64,000 nucleotides of DNA from Sphagnum compactum (Eukaryota). Within the stretch, counting starts at the first letter, position 1. Every line of letters starts with the position of its first letter. Shown piece by piece: positions 12,501 through 25,100 of this stretch. The notes beneath the pieces were generated by a model. It was not told the DNA's origin. It was given only the letters and a program-made list of their open reading frames with translations, and ran no database searches. A program made the position numbers and the translations under genes. Location: the NCBI GenBank assembly GCA_965153455.1, contig OZ234493.1, forward strand, positions 9,104,213 to 9,168,212. Direction: 5' to 3'.

Positions 12501-15500
12501 GGGTACTTCCTCACCAATTTGGTTCTATACCACATATTGAATCAATAGAGACCACCCCACCACTTGTTATTGTCCAACAAAGGCCATCGCCAAATTATTA
12601 TGTTTAGCTGACTATATTTGTTGAACGACCACCTGTTCAATAAATTGTATTTATTACAACCAAACAACCTATTGTTAAAGCCGCAACCTATGCGTATTGC
12701 CAACAAAAGGGTCATCAATTCAAACATTATCTTTTTGTGGACAATAAACTCAAATAGCTCATGAAAGATGAATTTATGACCACTTAACGACCTTCTACCT
12801 TGAGCACACCAATAACACATGTTGGTGTACATGTGCAACGAACTCAAAAATTGCCAAGTACATGCAGTGAGGCAGAACCAATCAACATACTACTAAGTTG
12901 GCAATAACATGTTACACCAATTGTACCAAGGCAACTTAGTGTTGTTGTTTGCACCTTACTCATATTACCCAATGTGGTATAATGTAATACCACCATACTT
13001 ACCTATGGACCCCAACATGTACTTAGTCTATTACTCTGGGGAAAGGGGACCAATCCCATGATTCCTAAAGGTAAACCAATGCATGTAATTGATCCAAATG
13101 TAGCAAAACCGGATCAACCTATTGTGCAACCCAATCCATGTCAACCTATTGTGTAATCAGTTCCACCTCAAAACTCTACTAAAGCTCAAATTTTGAAACC
13201 ATCATGGCCAACCTTGAACTCCAACAAAGAACCAATTCAACCACTAGTAACAACATCCATGCTTGTCAACGTACCCATCATGATTAGATTACCTATTCAT
13301 GGCATAGGTACTTCATTTCAATTACCAAGGGGTAATGTTCCACCTCTACAACCAAATGGATGGCCACCTGGAAATGACTCACCTAGCGGTGAATCACTTA
13401 AAGGCGAATCACCAAAAAAGACCCACTTGGAGGACCACCTTTTAATCCACCCTATGGATGGCCAGCATCCAAGGATGTTTATGCCACCATAGTATTCACT
13501 AGTTGTAGTACGACTAGAACAAACTAGTAAGTTACCTTATAAAAAACTTCAATATCCAACTTACATCAAGGATATAGACCCTAATGATAATATCTAAGTC
13601 TTCAAGAATGTAATTAAAGCAAACGGGGAAACTATGCAAATTGACAAAATTAACTTGTTTGGTTTTATGCTAAAAGATAGTATTTCAAAATGGGGCGAGA
13701 ATTTTGTATAAGACCACCCGGATTGCACATTCAAGGAGTTGGAACAAGTGTTTTGCAAACGTTTCTGCACTATGAAAAATGATGATGAGGTTTACATGCA
13801 ACTTTGAACTATTCAACAATAACTTAATGAACAGATCAAAGTTTATTATGAGCATATCCTTAAGTTTGCAAATTGTTTACAAGTTAAAATGACAACTATC
13901 TTCCTCACTGATAGTTTTTCGAATAGCTCTGCAACCATACCTTAAGCTGGCAACCGTTGATATGGAGAAAACCACTTTCATCAAACACAAAAAGGTTGCA
14001 ATGATTTGTGAAGAAAGTGGATTGGTTATAGCAAATTACAACGCATTGTTTACCCAACTAAAAGTTAAACTGCTCAACCAATGGTCACCATACTACAACT
14101 AGGCCTAGCAAACAACTTATTCGACTTGTGGCAAAATCAATCATTCCATGGAAACTTGTCACAATAAGAAAAGGGAAGTACCTTTAATACTTGTCATACC
14201 TACCAAAAATGTTAAGTCTGTAGCTGAAGTTACTACCCAATTAGCTAAACCCATGAAAGTACCTTTGCAATATCCATGCAACATTTATTTTAATATGGAA
14301 CATAGATTAAGAAATTGTCCTCGTAAGAAAGAAGTACAAAACATGTTTTGCACTAAAACCACCAATATAACTCAAGTAGCTACTAAACTTGTCAAAATTG
14401 ATAACGTACCAATTAACGTAGTAGCTAATGTTACCACATGTAGCCAAGTATTAAGGTAACATGTTCTTAGGGAATGAGAATTGATGAAGGCTAAAGTGGG
14501 TTGAATTGCCTAATAGTACACATCAACCTATAACAAGCCAACCACTTGTCGAATTATCAACCCAACTAGTGACGTTGGAAAAGACATTGGAACAAATATT
14601 GAAGGATATTAGTATATAGGTTTTGGAAACCAAATATGTCCTTAATTTGGGGTCAACTATTGAAAATTGTTCCTAACATCAAAAGGCACATCTTCAAACT
14701 TGTTAAGAATACTCAATCAATGTCCTTTCAATTAGTTGTTACTCATCCAACCTATGTAGCTATGGCCATTGATCATCAAACGGGGGTTATTCAAGTTCAA
14801 ATTGGGAAGAATTTCATTGATGATGTACTTCGTGATGGTGTTTCTAAAATCAACATTATTACGAAGTAATTATGGATGTAGTTGGGATTGTCTAAACCTA
14901 ACCCAACACCCTATAATCAAACCATTTTAAAACCACTAGGTTTGATTAGAGACCTTAAGATTTTTGTTCATGGTATCCCTTATATTATTACATTTAATGT
15001 TATAATCAGTAACATTTTGGATTCTAGCTATTCCATGTTGTTAGAATGTCCATGGTAAAATGATTCGAAGGTATCCCATGATTTGGGAACCAATACTATC
15101 ACCATCTAAGGAACAAGTATTGCTAGAACCATACATGTTACCAAAAGACTATGTGTTCAAACCGGAAGACAAGAAGGTCTAGTATGCTATGATTTTCGAT
15201 CTAGGATTTATGATGAAGAAGAAGACATTATGTTTGCCATAGAACCTGAACTATTTTCCATAGGGACCATAACAATTCTAACATCTTTTCAGCCTAAATT
15301 TGTCATTGATTCAAAGATAATGACATGTATTAGGAAAAGTGAATAGGTGTTTTAACCACTTGTTCAATTAATTCCTATCCTATTAATTAGCCTAGTTATA
15401 CTTCTTGATAACTTCAAATAGCATTTACCTAACACATTTTTCCACCCAAAAGTTGGAGATATTGTACTAGATGAAACATTCGCTCGGGAGCAAATATAAG

Positions 15501-16313
15501 ATCTTACCATAGCTAGTTGGACCAATATGATTGAAGAAAAGCAACTAAGGAAAGTGAATCTGAATATAAAAGCAGAAGTACAATAGGTGAAAATGAATAA
15601 ATCACTTGAACCAAATGTCACAAAACAGTTAATTGAACTATTGAAAAAGTTCAAGGATATTTTTGCCTAGACTTACAAGGATTTGAAGGGAATTCCATAA
15701 GAGATTGTTCAACATCGAATTGAATTGGACACCACAATACCACTTGTTCATCAAACGAGGTACTGGTTGAATCCTAATTACATAGCTATTGTTAAGCAAG
15801 ACATTGACAAAATACTAAATGTTAGTTTTATCTAACCAATCGAGGAGGCAACTTGGTTTATCACCCATGGTGGTTGTACCCGATAAGAATGGAAAAATGA
15901 AAATATGTGTAGATTTTAGGAAGTTCAACGTAGCTACTAAAAACCGCTACCCTTTACGGACAAGGTTGTCAACATTGTGGCTAGTCATCAAGTGTATACA
16001 TTCTTGGACAGATTTTCAAGATACCATCAAACTTCCATAGCATTTGAAGATCGACACAAAACTACCTTTGTATGGGTTGTAATACCATTTGGTGTCAAAA
16101 ATGAACCACCTATTTATCAACAAGTTGTCATTAAGGCTTTTTGTGAATACATTTGTGTTCATGAAGATATTTTCTTAATAATTTTACGGTGTTTAGTAAC
16201 TTGTCCGCACACCTTGAGAAGCTCTAATTTTTTTTTTCAAATGCAAAAATTTTGGCATTAGTTTTAACACATACAAATGTGCATTCATGGTCTTTTCTAG
16301 AACTATCCTAAGA

Positions 16314-16588
16314 GGGTGAAAATCCTTTAAGGTGTACCAAATAGGATGAAAAGGGCCTAGTCCTTATTACAATTTTTTTTTACCTTATATTTTGATCCTC
16401 ATAAAAAATAATGAATCAAAAGTTGCCAAAAATTTTAGAAGGACTATATTTTAGACTATTACAATTCTAAATTCCATCATAATCATCCATAAACGTGTCT
16501 TTACATGGTTAAAAAAATACTAGGTAAAAAAGACAAGAAAGGGTGATGATGTGATAAGATTTTGGTACACCTTAAAGAATTTGCACCC
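16314..16588. mobile_element. 275-bp TIR element (MITE) inserted in the Gypsy RT region
   Basis: 28-bp TIRs GGGTGAAAATCCTTTAAGGTGTACCAAA / TTTGGTACACCTTAAAGAATTTGCACCC; flanks AAGA/AAGG; removal restores TIL(R)FIISK. Confidence 0.82.
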
Positions 16589-17515
16589 AAGGTTTATAAT
16601 ATCCAAGGCAAGGCAATGGACCCAAAGAAAATTAGGGCTTTAATTAACATGCCAATTTTTATTACATGGAGATATAGGTTTTTAACGACATGATATAATT
16701 TTATAAATGTTTCATTAGGAATTTTGTTTCCATTATGGCCACTATTACTAAACCGTTGAAAAAGAGTGAAATTTTTGAATGGACAAAAAAATGTCAAGTT
16801 GCCTAGGAGGAAATCAAGAATCAATATGTGCAAGCCCTTATTTTGAATAACACCAATTGGAAATTAGAATTTCATGTGCATATTGATGCATCATAATTGA
16901 CTATAAGAATAATACTTGTTCAAAACCCAACCAATTATGACCAACTGGTTATGTATGCATCTAGATTATTAAATTTTACTAAAAAAAATATACTACAACT
17001 AAGAGAAAAGCTTTGGCCATGGTTTATGTTTTGCATAAAATTTAGACATTACCTACCAAGGTAATCGGTTTACATCTTTTATAAATCATATGGCATTTGT
17101 TTACTTAATAAATAAACCACAAATCTCTGGCCGATTAACTAGGTGGTTGTTATTATTTTCAAAGTATAACTTTAAGATTGTTTATAATTAAGCATGTTAG
17201 ATCCCACCTAATGGCATATGCATTAAGCAAGCTACCCAACCTTGTTGAACCAATTAATGTTCACATTATAACCAGAGTGGTTACAAAATGTTTATGAGTA
17301 CCTATTGAAGGGAATGATACTAGAAAGATATATTACCTTTCAATGCCAATATCTAGCTCAGAGAGCTAAACCATTCATAATACAAGAAAGAATTTTGTAG
17401 GTTTGGACAAAATAATTGGTTTCATCATGTTCTACAACTAGAATAGGTGCCAATTGTCTTACAAAAATTACATGGGGCAATTTTTGGAAGGCATTTCTAT
17501 TTTGAAATCACTATA

Positions 17516-17957
17516 GGGTGTAATCATACTAACATGTACCATTAACAGTCATACCCACTACTTAATTTTTTGAATTTTGGATTGTCAAAATAAATAAATA
17601 ATTATAAATATAATTTTTTTAATAAAATGTTATTGTGAATACATAATGTACATATCACAAACACTAGGAAGCGATTTAATGAGTAAAAAATAAGTAATTT
17701 ACATTTTTAAGGACTTATAACCACTACTTATTTAAAAGCAATTTTAACACTAAAAGCACAATTTGAAAAAAAAAATTATGACATGTCTTGGGATTTTTTA
17801 AATATACACCTTAACATAATAATAATATCAATAGTAATAATAAGTAATGTTTTTTTGAAATATGTATTAAACATATTCTAAGAATTTTTTTAAAAAAACA
17901 ATGAAAAAACAATGGTCTAAAGGGGCACGAGTGGGTCCTTATAACGTGGTTAGACCC
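17516..17957. mobile_element. 442-bp AT-rich TIR element inserted in the Gypsy integrase zinc-binding region
   Basis: Ends GGGTGTAATCAT / GTGGTTAGACCC; TATA on both sides (17512-17515, 17958-17961); removal restores GHFYFEITIRKILDADY*WP in frame. Confidence 0.8.
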
Positions 17958-19930
17958 TATAAGAAAGATCCTTGATGCCGATTACTAGTGGCCAATAATG
18001 AGGATGTTCATGAGCACTATCAAACATGTGATCAATGTCAACAAACATGTAACCTATTAGCACAATATTTGGCGAAATCAATCACAATATTACATGAAGA
18101 ACTTTTTCAAAAATGGGCCAGTGTTAGATTTTATTGGACCCATTAAATCGGCAAGTCGTTATTTTGAGAACCGATACATCTTGTTTGCAATTAATTATGC
18201 AACTAAATGGGTGGAAGCATTAAGTTTTACACACCAACATGGCTTTTGTAATTGCAAAGTTTTTGTATGAGCAAATTCTCACTTGGTTTGGTTGTCCACT
18301 CACCATTATCAATGATCAAGGTACTCATTTCATCAACGATGTTATCTAATACCTATCTAATCATTTTCTGCTAAGACATATGAGTTCAATTGTTTACTAT
18401 CCACAAATAAACAAAAAAGTTGAATCTACTAACAAAATATTTGGTATTTTATTAACTAAGTTGGTTAATGAAAAGCAGAATGACTAGGTAGAACACATGT
18501 TTGTAGTCATTTTCTTATCGAATCACATTCAAAATTGGAATCGGTCATACCCCTTTCCAACTAGTTTATGGTTTACACCCATTATTACCTATCGTATACC
18601 TATTACCCAACAAGGCTAGTCAAGAATTTAACCCAACACCTATTTGAGTTCTAATTAATCGTCTTTCAGAGTTAGAAAAACTACAAGAAAACAGGTTAAT
18701 ATAGCTCAAGAACTAATCACTTCTAACCAATGGAACTAATCACTCTGGTCCCAAATCAATATGTTGAAATCAAATATCAATTTGGTGACTATGTATATGA
18801 TTTCTAGGAGCTATGAAAACACATAAACCTAAATTTCAAAAGAGGTGGTTTGGACTTTATAAGATCCAATATTGTTTACCTAACAACATTATCTTGTTAA
18901 TGACACTTGACAAGTTTGACCCTAATCCAATATTGGTCAACATTAATAAACTTAAACCTTAACAATTTGTTGATGATAACACAATGAAACATGTTCTACT
19001 AACCAGTGATGATTTTGTGTCTTACAAACCATTTGAAAGGAAAACCACTAACTTATTACCTAATCACAACAATCCTACTAATTCAATATTACCTAAAGAA
19101 GAAGTGACTAACTTAATTACTAAGGTACTTACCATAGGTTATCATGAAAGCTATTATTATGCCTTAAATTCCAAGTGTTTTATCTTTAGACACCTATAAC
19201 CCTAAAAGGTACAACACTTTCCAAGAAGTGCAAGCTGTTATATCATTACTCACTTATAAAAAACCAATGCAATTATTCACCTATCTTTTTATTTTATTTT
19301 TTCTCATTCTTCACGTTTTTTGTTTTTGAAAGATGAAGAAATGAATGAAAGTGTGTTTTAAACAAGCTGAAGAAAATAGCAAAGAGAAGGAGAAAGAATT
19401 GCAGAATTAAAGAGCTAAAAGAAACAAGAAATACTTGAGAGAACAAAAAATAAATAAAAAAAATCCCACTAGTCTGATTTTCATTCAACCTCTAGCTTTG
19501 AAACCACCATTAGAACAATGAACTAATTTTAATTTTTATGTAAAGGAAGAAGGTGACCTAGAATATTTTGCCGAAAATAAACAATTTGCATAAGTTTTTT
19601 AACAAGGACAAGACCTTGGAGAGGGGTTGGAAAAAGTCTTTTGAAACATTCAGCAACCTGTTCCACCACGAACACCTTCTATCATTATTATTTATGATTT
19701 GGAAAACGAGCCAAAACTTGTTACGCATTTTCCAAGACAACGACCAATTGTTGCTCGAGAAGTTCCACCATAGTCTTGATTTTCACAACCTATTAGGGGG
19801 GATTTGTTTGAAGAACCAACACCACCAGTACGGTTTCTTCACCAACCCAACTATGTTTTTGACCTCGTAGTAAAACCTTCATGAGGCGGAAAAGGAAAGT
19901 TGTGGTGGAGGTGAAAGACACACCTATTAA

Positions 19931-22107
19931 CACTAGTAGAAATGTTGCAACCTTAGCCTTGGGTTCTCGACCAAGGCAAGGGCTTGCAAAGGTTAGGGCC
20001 AAGCGTGAAGCCCAAGAGTCACATTTCATGCTCCCAAGAGTGTAGGAAGGTGTGAGGGAATGAACCCCCACACTCCCAAGTGAGCTCCCGATTTGGAGGT
20101 AGAGTCTCGATGGATTCCCGAATCTTCAAAGGGCAGTTGCAAGGGTCAAAACTCATTACATTGAAAATTCCCTTATATTGTTGAAAAGCTCTTGGAACTT
20201 AGATGTCTAAAATGGGCTTGCATGACCCATTTGGGTACTTAAGACATAAGTTATGGCCAAAAGAAAGGCTGGGAGTCAAACTGTCAATTTGACTCCCGAC
20301 CATTAAAAGTCAAAATCGCCCTGATGTTACTTGCATGCAGGTGGCATGTAACATTGGAAAGCTCTCAATAGGGGCTACAACTTTGCTTCAGACCTCACCT
20401 CAATCAAAGGTCTACACAAAAAAATATGGGCCTCCAAAGTTGCGGGAGTCCCAATTTCGAGACTCCCAACTTTGGAATCCTGGGACAAAATGACATTTGG
20501 GTGCAGGCCCCATGGCCAAGCATAGAGAACACTATAAGGGGGAAGGTGGTGGCTTCCCCCAAGTCCGGGTCATCGTGAATCTTGGCTTCCCCCAACTCCT
20601 TATCCTTTTGTTGTTTTCACCTTTGGATTCACATTGAGTCTATCAAGGAGTTTGGGGTGCGTCACATAGTACGGTTTTTTTCACCAACCTAACTATGTTT
20701 TTGACCTCGTAGTAAAACCTTCATGAGGCAGAAAAGGAAAGTCATGGTAAAGGTGAGAAAAAAATCGTGTCATTTACAACCAACCCACTTGCAACTAGAT
20801 GTAATTGGTTGTCACATGCAACTCAAGCGGTTGCATGTGCAACTACATTTGAATTTTAAATGACTTTCAGTCACCTTTGTACCTATGGTGTAATTGATTT
20901 TTCCTTCATCCTTCAAAATGGATGGCATTTACACTTTGATTATATGCTACTATACATACAATATCATATATAAATTTGATTTTATACAAATACATTACCA
21001 AAGAACTTGAGCTCCAAAATTCAATTTGGTTTTCTTTCATTAAACTAAACAATGACCCCCTTCATTTTAAAAGAACATATTTTGTTCATTTCAAAACCAA
21101 TTCGAACAATTTTTGTGGCTTTGAATGCGTTAAGTGTAGAACTACAAAATCTTTTCGAGGCTCCAAGACAACAAATCAATGACCAAAGATGTTGAACTTC
21201 AAATCGCAAACTAGTTTTATTGGCCTAAATCAAATAATGACCCCTTTCACTTCATAAGAACATATATTGCTCAATTCAGAACCACTTTGAAGTACTTTTG
21301 TGATTTTAAATGTGTTAGGTGTAGAATTACAGAATCTTTTTGAAGCTCAAGGACGACAAAGCAATGACCAAATATCTTGAGCTTCAAATTGCAAACTAGT
21401 TTTATTAACCTAAACCAAATTACAACTAAATTGTAACTATAATATTTATCCCATATTGGTTGTCATAGCTTTGAGGCTTGTAAACTATTTATCTCTAGGT
21501 GCTTTACTTCTAAAAACAAGTTTTAATTGGGATGAACAAAAAAATAGGTTTGACCTTAAATTTTAAACCCAAATTTTCTTTAATAAAAATTTGTAAATCT
21601 ACATTTTGAGATAAGATTTACATAACTATTTAGGCCCACTCGTCTACTAACCTACCTACTTAGGCAACCTACCCACCTACCTAGGCCTATATATTTACCT
21701 ACTTACTTACCTAGGTGCCACATGTCAATATCTTATAAACCTTACATTGAACAACCTATATTTGCTTAATTAAATTTTATGTTAAATGGGCTTCAAATGC
21801 CACATGTCATTAAATGTTGGTTTTTAAATGGACATGTTTCACTAAATGATTGGCTTGAAAATGGACATGTGTCATTAAAAAAATCAATTAGTTGCATGTG
21901 TAATTGCATATGCAACTTGTTGTATGAATATGAATGGATGAAAAGTACAAACATATTGTATGTACATCATATGTACAATATGTTGCATGCAATTAGATGT
22001 CACATGTGACTTGTTTTATACAACTAAGCCAAAATCATTTGCATATGTCATTTGTAACTGAAAATTAGTTGCATACGTAGTTGCAAAATGACAGTTTTTT
22101 TTTAATG
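19931..22107. mobile_element. Non-autonomous CACTA-like element (contains a solo LTR)
   Basis: Starts CACTAGTAGAAA, ends TTGCAAAATGACAGTTTTTTTTTAATG; TAA TSD (19928-19930 / 22108-22110); subterminal GCAACT/AGTTGC repeats; the joined flanks continue one reading frame. Confidence 0.72.
19943..20664 (+). mobile_element. Solo LTR (TGTTGCAACC...GGGTGCGTCA), same family as 41068-41872
   Basis: TG...CA termini; extensive similarity to the 41068 copy (ACACTCCC, GGGTCAAAA, GGGGAAGGTGGTGGCTTCCCC blocks). Confidence 0.8.
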
Positions 22108-25100
22108 TAAGGTGTCACAAAAATGCCAACCAATTGGAATCAAAGAAGTGTAGAAAATGTTGCACTAGATTTGGATGGGATCTCAAGAGTGAAATTGGGC
22201 TCAAGATGTTAGATTGGGAGGTTTGTTTGATGTACATTAGATTGCACTTTGACCAAACTTGTTAAAAGAATCTTTACACACTTGGGAACAAATTGAAGAT
22301 GGGCGAATTCATGTTGTGGTGCAAGGAGAAAGGATCATCATTAATCAGGCCCTCATTCATAAGCAGTTGGGAATTAGTTCCAAAGGAGTGGTTGACATTG
22401 CCATTGCAATTATTAATAACTTTCGAAAAACATTCAAAAACATTGTTGGACCAAATGCATTTGTGGAGAAGGAGCAATGGAATGTGGTTCAAATGAAGGA
22501 AAAGTTCCATGCCTAGTTTGTAGCAATCTTGCAAATAATTTATCAACAAGAGTGGTTGGCATACTTTAGTAACTGGATAGCCATTACATTTGATTTGGCG
22601 GACCAAGGAGAAAAAATCAACTAGTGTTTGTTTGTCCTCACTCAAATGTTCGTGAAATTTACCTGTTATATGAACTACCAAAAAAACATTGCAGTGGGAC
22701 TAACAACACTAGACAAAAAGGTAGGTACATGTTTTTTTGGACTAGTTATTGAAGTTTGTTTACAACACTAGTTCCCATAGACTTTAAATCATGGTCATTG
22801 ATTATGTCATCACCGGTTATAACTAACTATTCATAGCCCAAGTTAGGAAACACCGGTTGACAATCCACAGACATTAGCATCAAAGGTAATTATTCGGGAG
22901 TAGTTTATTAATGAATGCAGGTATGTGCGTTCCCCCAATGTTTCACCCATACCTATTCGACAATCAAACAGATAGAAGATGCGCATTCATGAATCTTCAA
23001 CACCATAAGACCGGTTGAGTCCTAAATTGGGTGAAGTACTACCAAAGATAAAATCTTGTACTCACCATACCACATCCATTATAGTAGTAGAAGAAGAAGA
23101 AGGATATGTTCAGGAACAACTTGAATCAACCAAACCAAGTACTAATCAAGTCATGGAAGAAGAAAATTTGATTGACCAAGTACTTGAAACATCTATTTTA
23201 CCACTTGCTCAGGAGCCAATTACCATACCTAAACTAGTTGAGGTTAGGGTTGAAGGTACATTTGAACATGTTAAATAGGTTAGATCTGCATATGTTTACA
23301 TTTTTTTTGAAACTACTATAACAACTAGTTAGCATGAAACTTTTAAACAAGTTAATCTATTCTTTGAACAAACAACCATACTTGTACATACTTGGCCATA
23401 GACTATAAATAGTCTAGCTGACTTTAAAAGCCAGTATAACCATGCCGAAGTAGAACTTTAGGAAAATAATAATTGCTTACAAACCCATAGTCTAAAGTTG
23501 GCGACTACTCAAATGATCAAATTGAATACAAATCCCCAAGGATTTCAAATCCCAATCCTACAATGGCCAAAACTATTTGATGTTTTCTATGTTATTAAAC
23601 TTCAATGGATACCATGACCCTGTGCAAAACCAACCTCCTTAACGACAAAGTTCAAGCATCAAACATCGAACATAACAAAACAAAGGAGACCATCTTAAAT
23701 TTGATATATGAACTCAATGCACATGCATGCAAACAACCATTTCAAAACTATATGAAACTTTATGTGTATTTATGCGAGGTGCACAAATTTTCCAAATATA
23801 CATTTTGACTCAAGATCTATAATATGTAAAGATTTATTCTTCCAACTTTCTTTACATAAAGGTATAACCACAAAATCACAAAGCTTTCACAATACTCAAA
23901 TAATTGATTATTTGGTTTTCAATATTTTGCAAAACATAATAAAATATTGAGGTGTAACTTGTGTTCATGAAGAATATAAATATAAAATTTAAGCTATAAA
24001 TTGGGATTGGTTAAACATGTATTATTTTCAAACAAATGGTGAAACAAACTTGGTCAAGGACAACATGAATTGTTTTAAAAGTGGGCACATAACATAGACA
24101 TGTGATATTTTCAATGGATAGTGAAACAAAAGATCAAGGAAAATTTTGTCAAATTGAAAAGTAGATATAAAGGATGTCCACTACTTGTTCACTAATTGAT
24201 CCTTACAAATTGGTGGGCCTAGCCTTCATGCTTCTCCTCTCTTCCATCGCTTCCTTTGATATGTTTCTTGTATAATCATGAAGTTTGAGACTCTAACATT
24301 CGAAGTTGTCAACTTCCATACTCACTCTCTCAAACTTGCAACTTCTAAATCTATTTATTCATTGAACAATATCATGTTCTATGGGACACCACAAACTATT
24401 GAATCATTTTTGAAGGCCAAGAATTGTGTCCCTAGATCAAGAAAAGTTGGATGTTATTCCATCTCCCAAGTTTAAAACTATATGTAGTTTGTTATGATGG
24501 CCTTGCTTCTAAGTCCTTCCAAAATATGGTATAAAAATTATATTGCACTTGTTTATTTTGGAAAAACTTTGAAAGACTCTAGTGGTCATGATAATGCAAT
24601 GGGATCTTGCAATTCTTTTATAAAGGTTAATCCCATTACACAAGAAGCTAGGTTTGTGGAAAGATTTTCAAAATGCAACAAAACACAAAAATTACAAATT
24701 AATACAACCTTTATTCAAATAGGTAGGTTATAAATGTGCATTGTTGACATGATAAACCAATAACATTTCAATTGAAAATGCAATTTCCACTAAAACAAAT
24801 TTGGAAATTAATGACCGAATTTAAGTTTGGATTTTAGTTATAACAAACACTTGTGATTACAAAATACTGTTGTTGCTTAAGACAAGTGTCATCAAACAAC
24901 TAGTCGCAAAAAACACCACATGGCATGGAAGTCACACTAGTAATCACAAATTCTTGTTACTACATTTCATTTTTTCATTTAGTACCATGGATGAACATGA
25001 ATATGACATGGACCCCATGCAATCTATATGGGATTTGACTTTGCTACATTTGTGACTACCTTATGAATAGACACATGATGCCAAGTGTCCTATCTATTTA

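Larger units (their letters stand above)
11199..23800 (+). mobile_element. Degenerate Ty3/Gypsy LTR retrotransposon (gag-PR-RT-RH-INT plus downstream extra ORF); many stops/frameshifts; 3' LTR not found
   Basis: Putative 5' LTR TGTTG(11199)..TAACA(11711) followed by PBS-like TGGCATCCACGT (11714). gag LFGFMLKDSISKWGENF (~13655) and knuckle CGKINHSMETC (~14127); protease DDVLRDGVSKINII (~14820); RT SPMVVVPDKNGKMKICVDFRKFN and FLDRFSRYHQ (15860-16030); RNase H FHVHIDAS (~16870); integrase LDFIGPI, YATKWVEA, NDQGTHFIN (18120-18340). The order RT-RH-INT is Gypsy. Right boundary is approximate. Confidence 0.88.
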
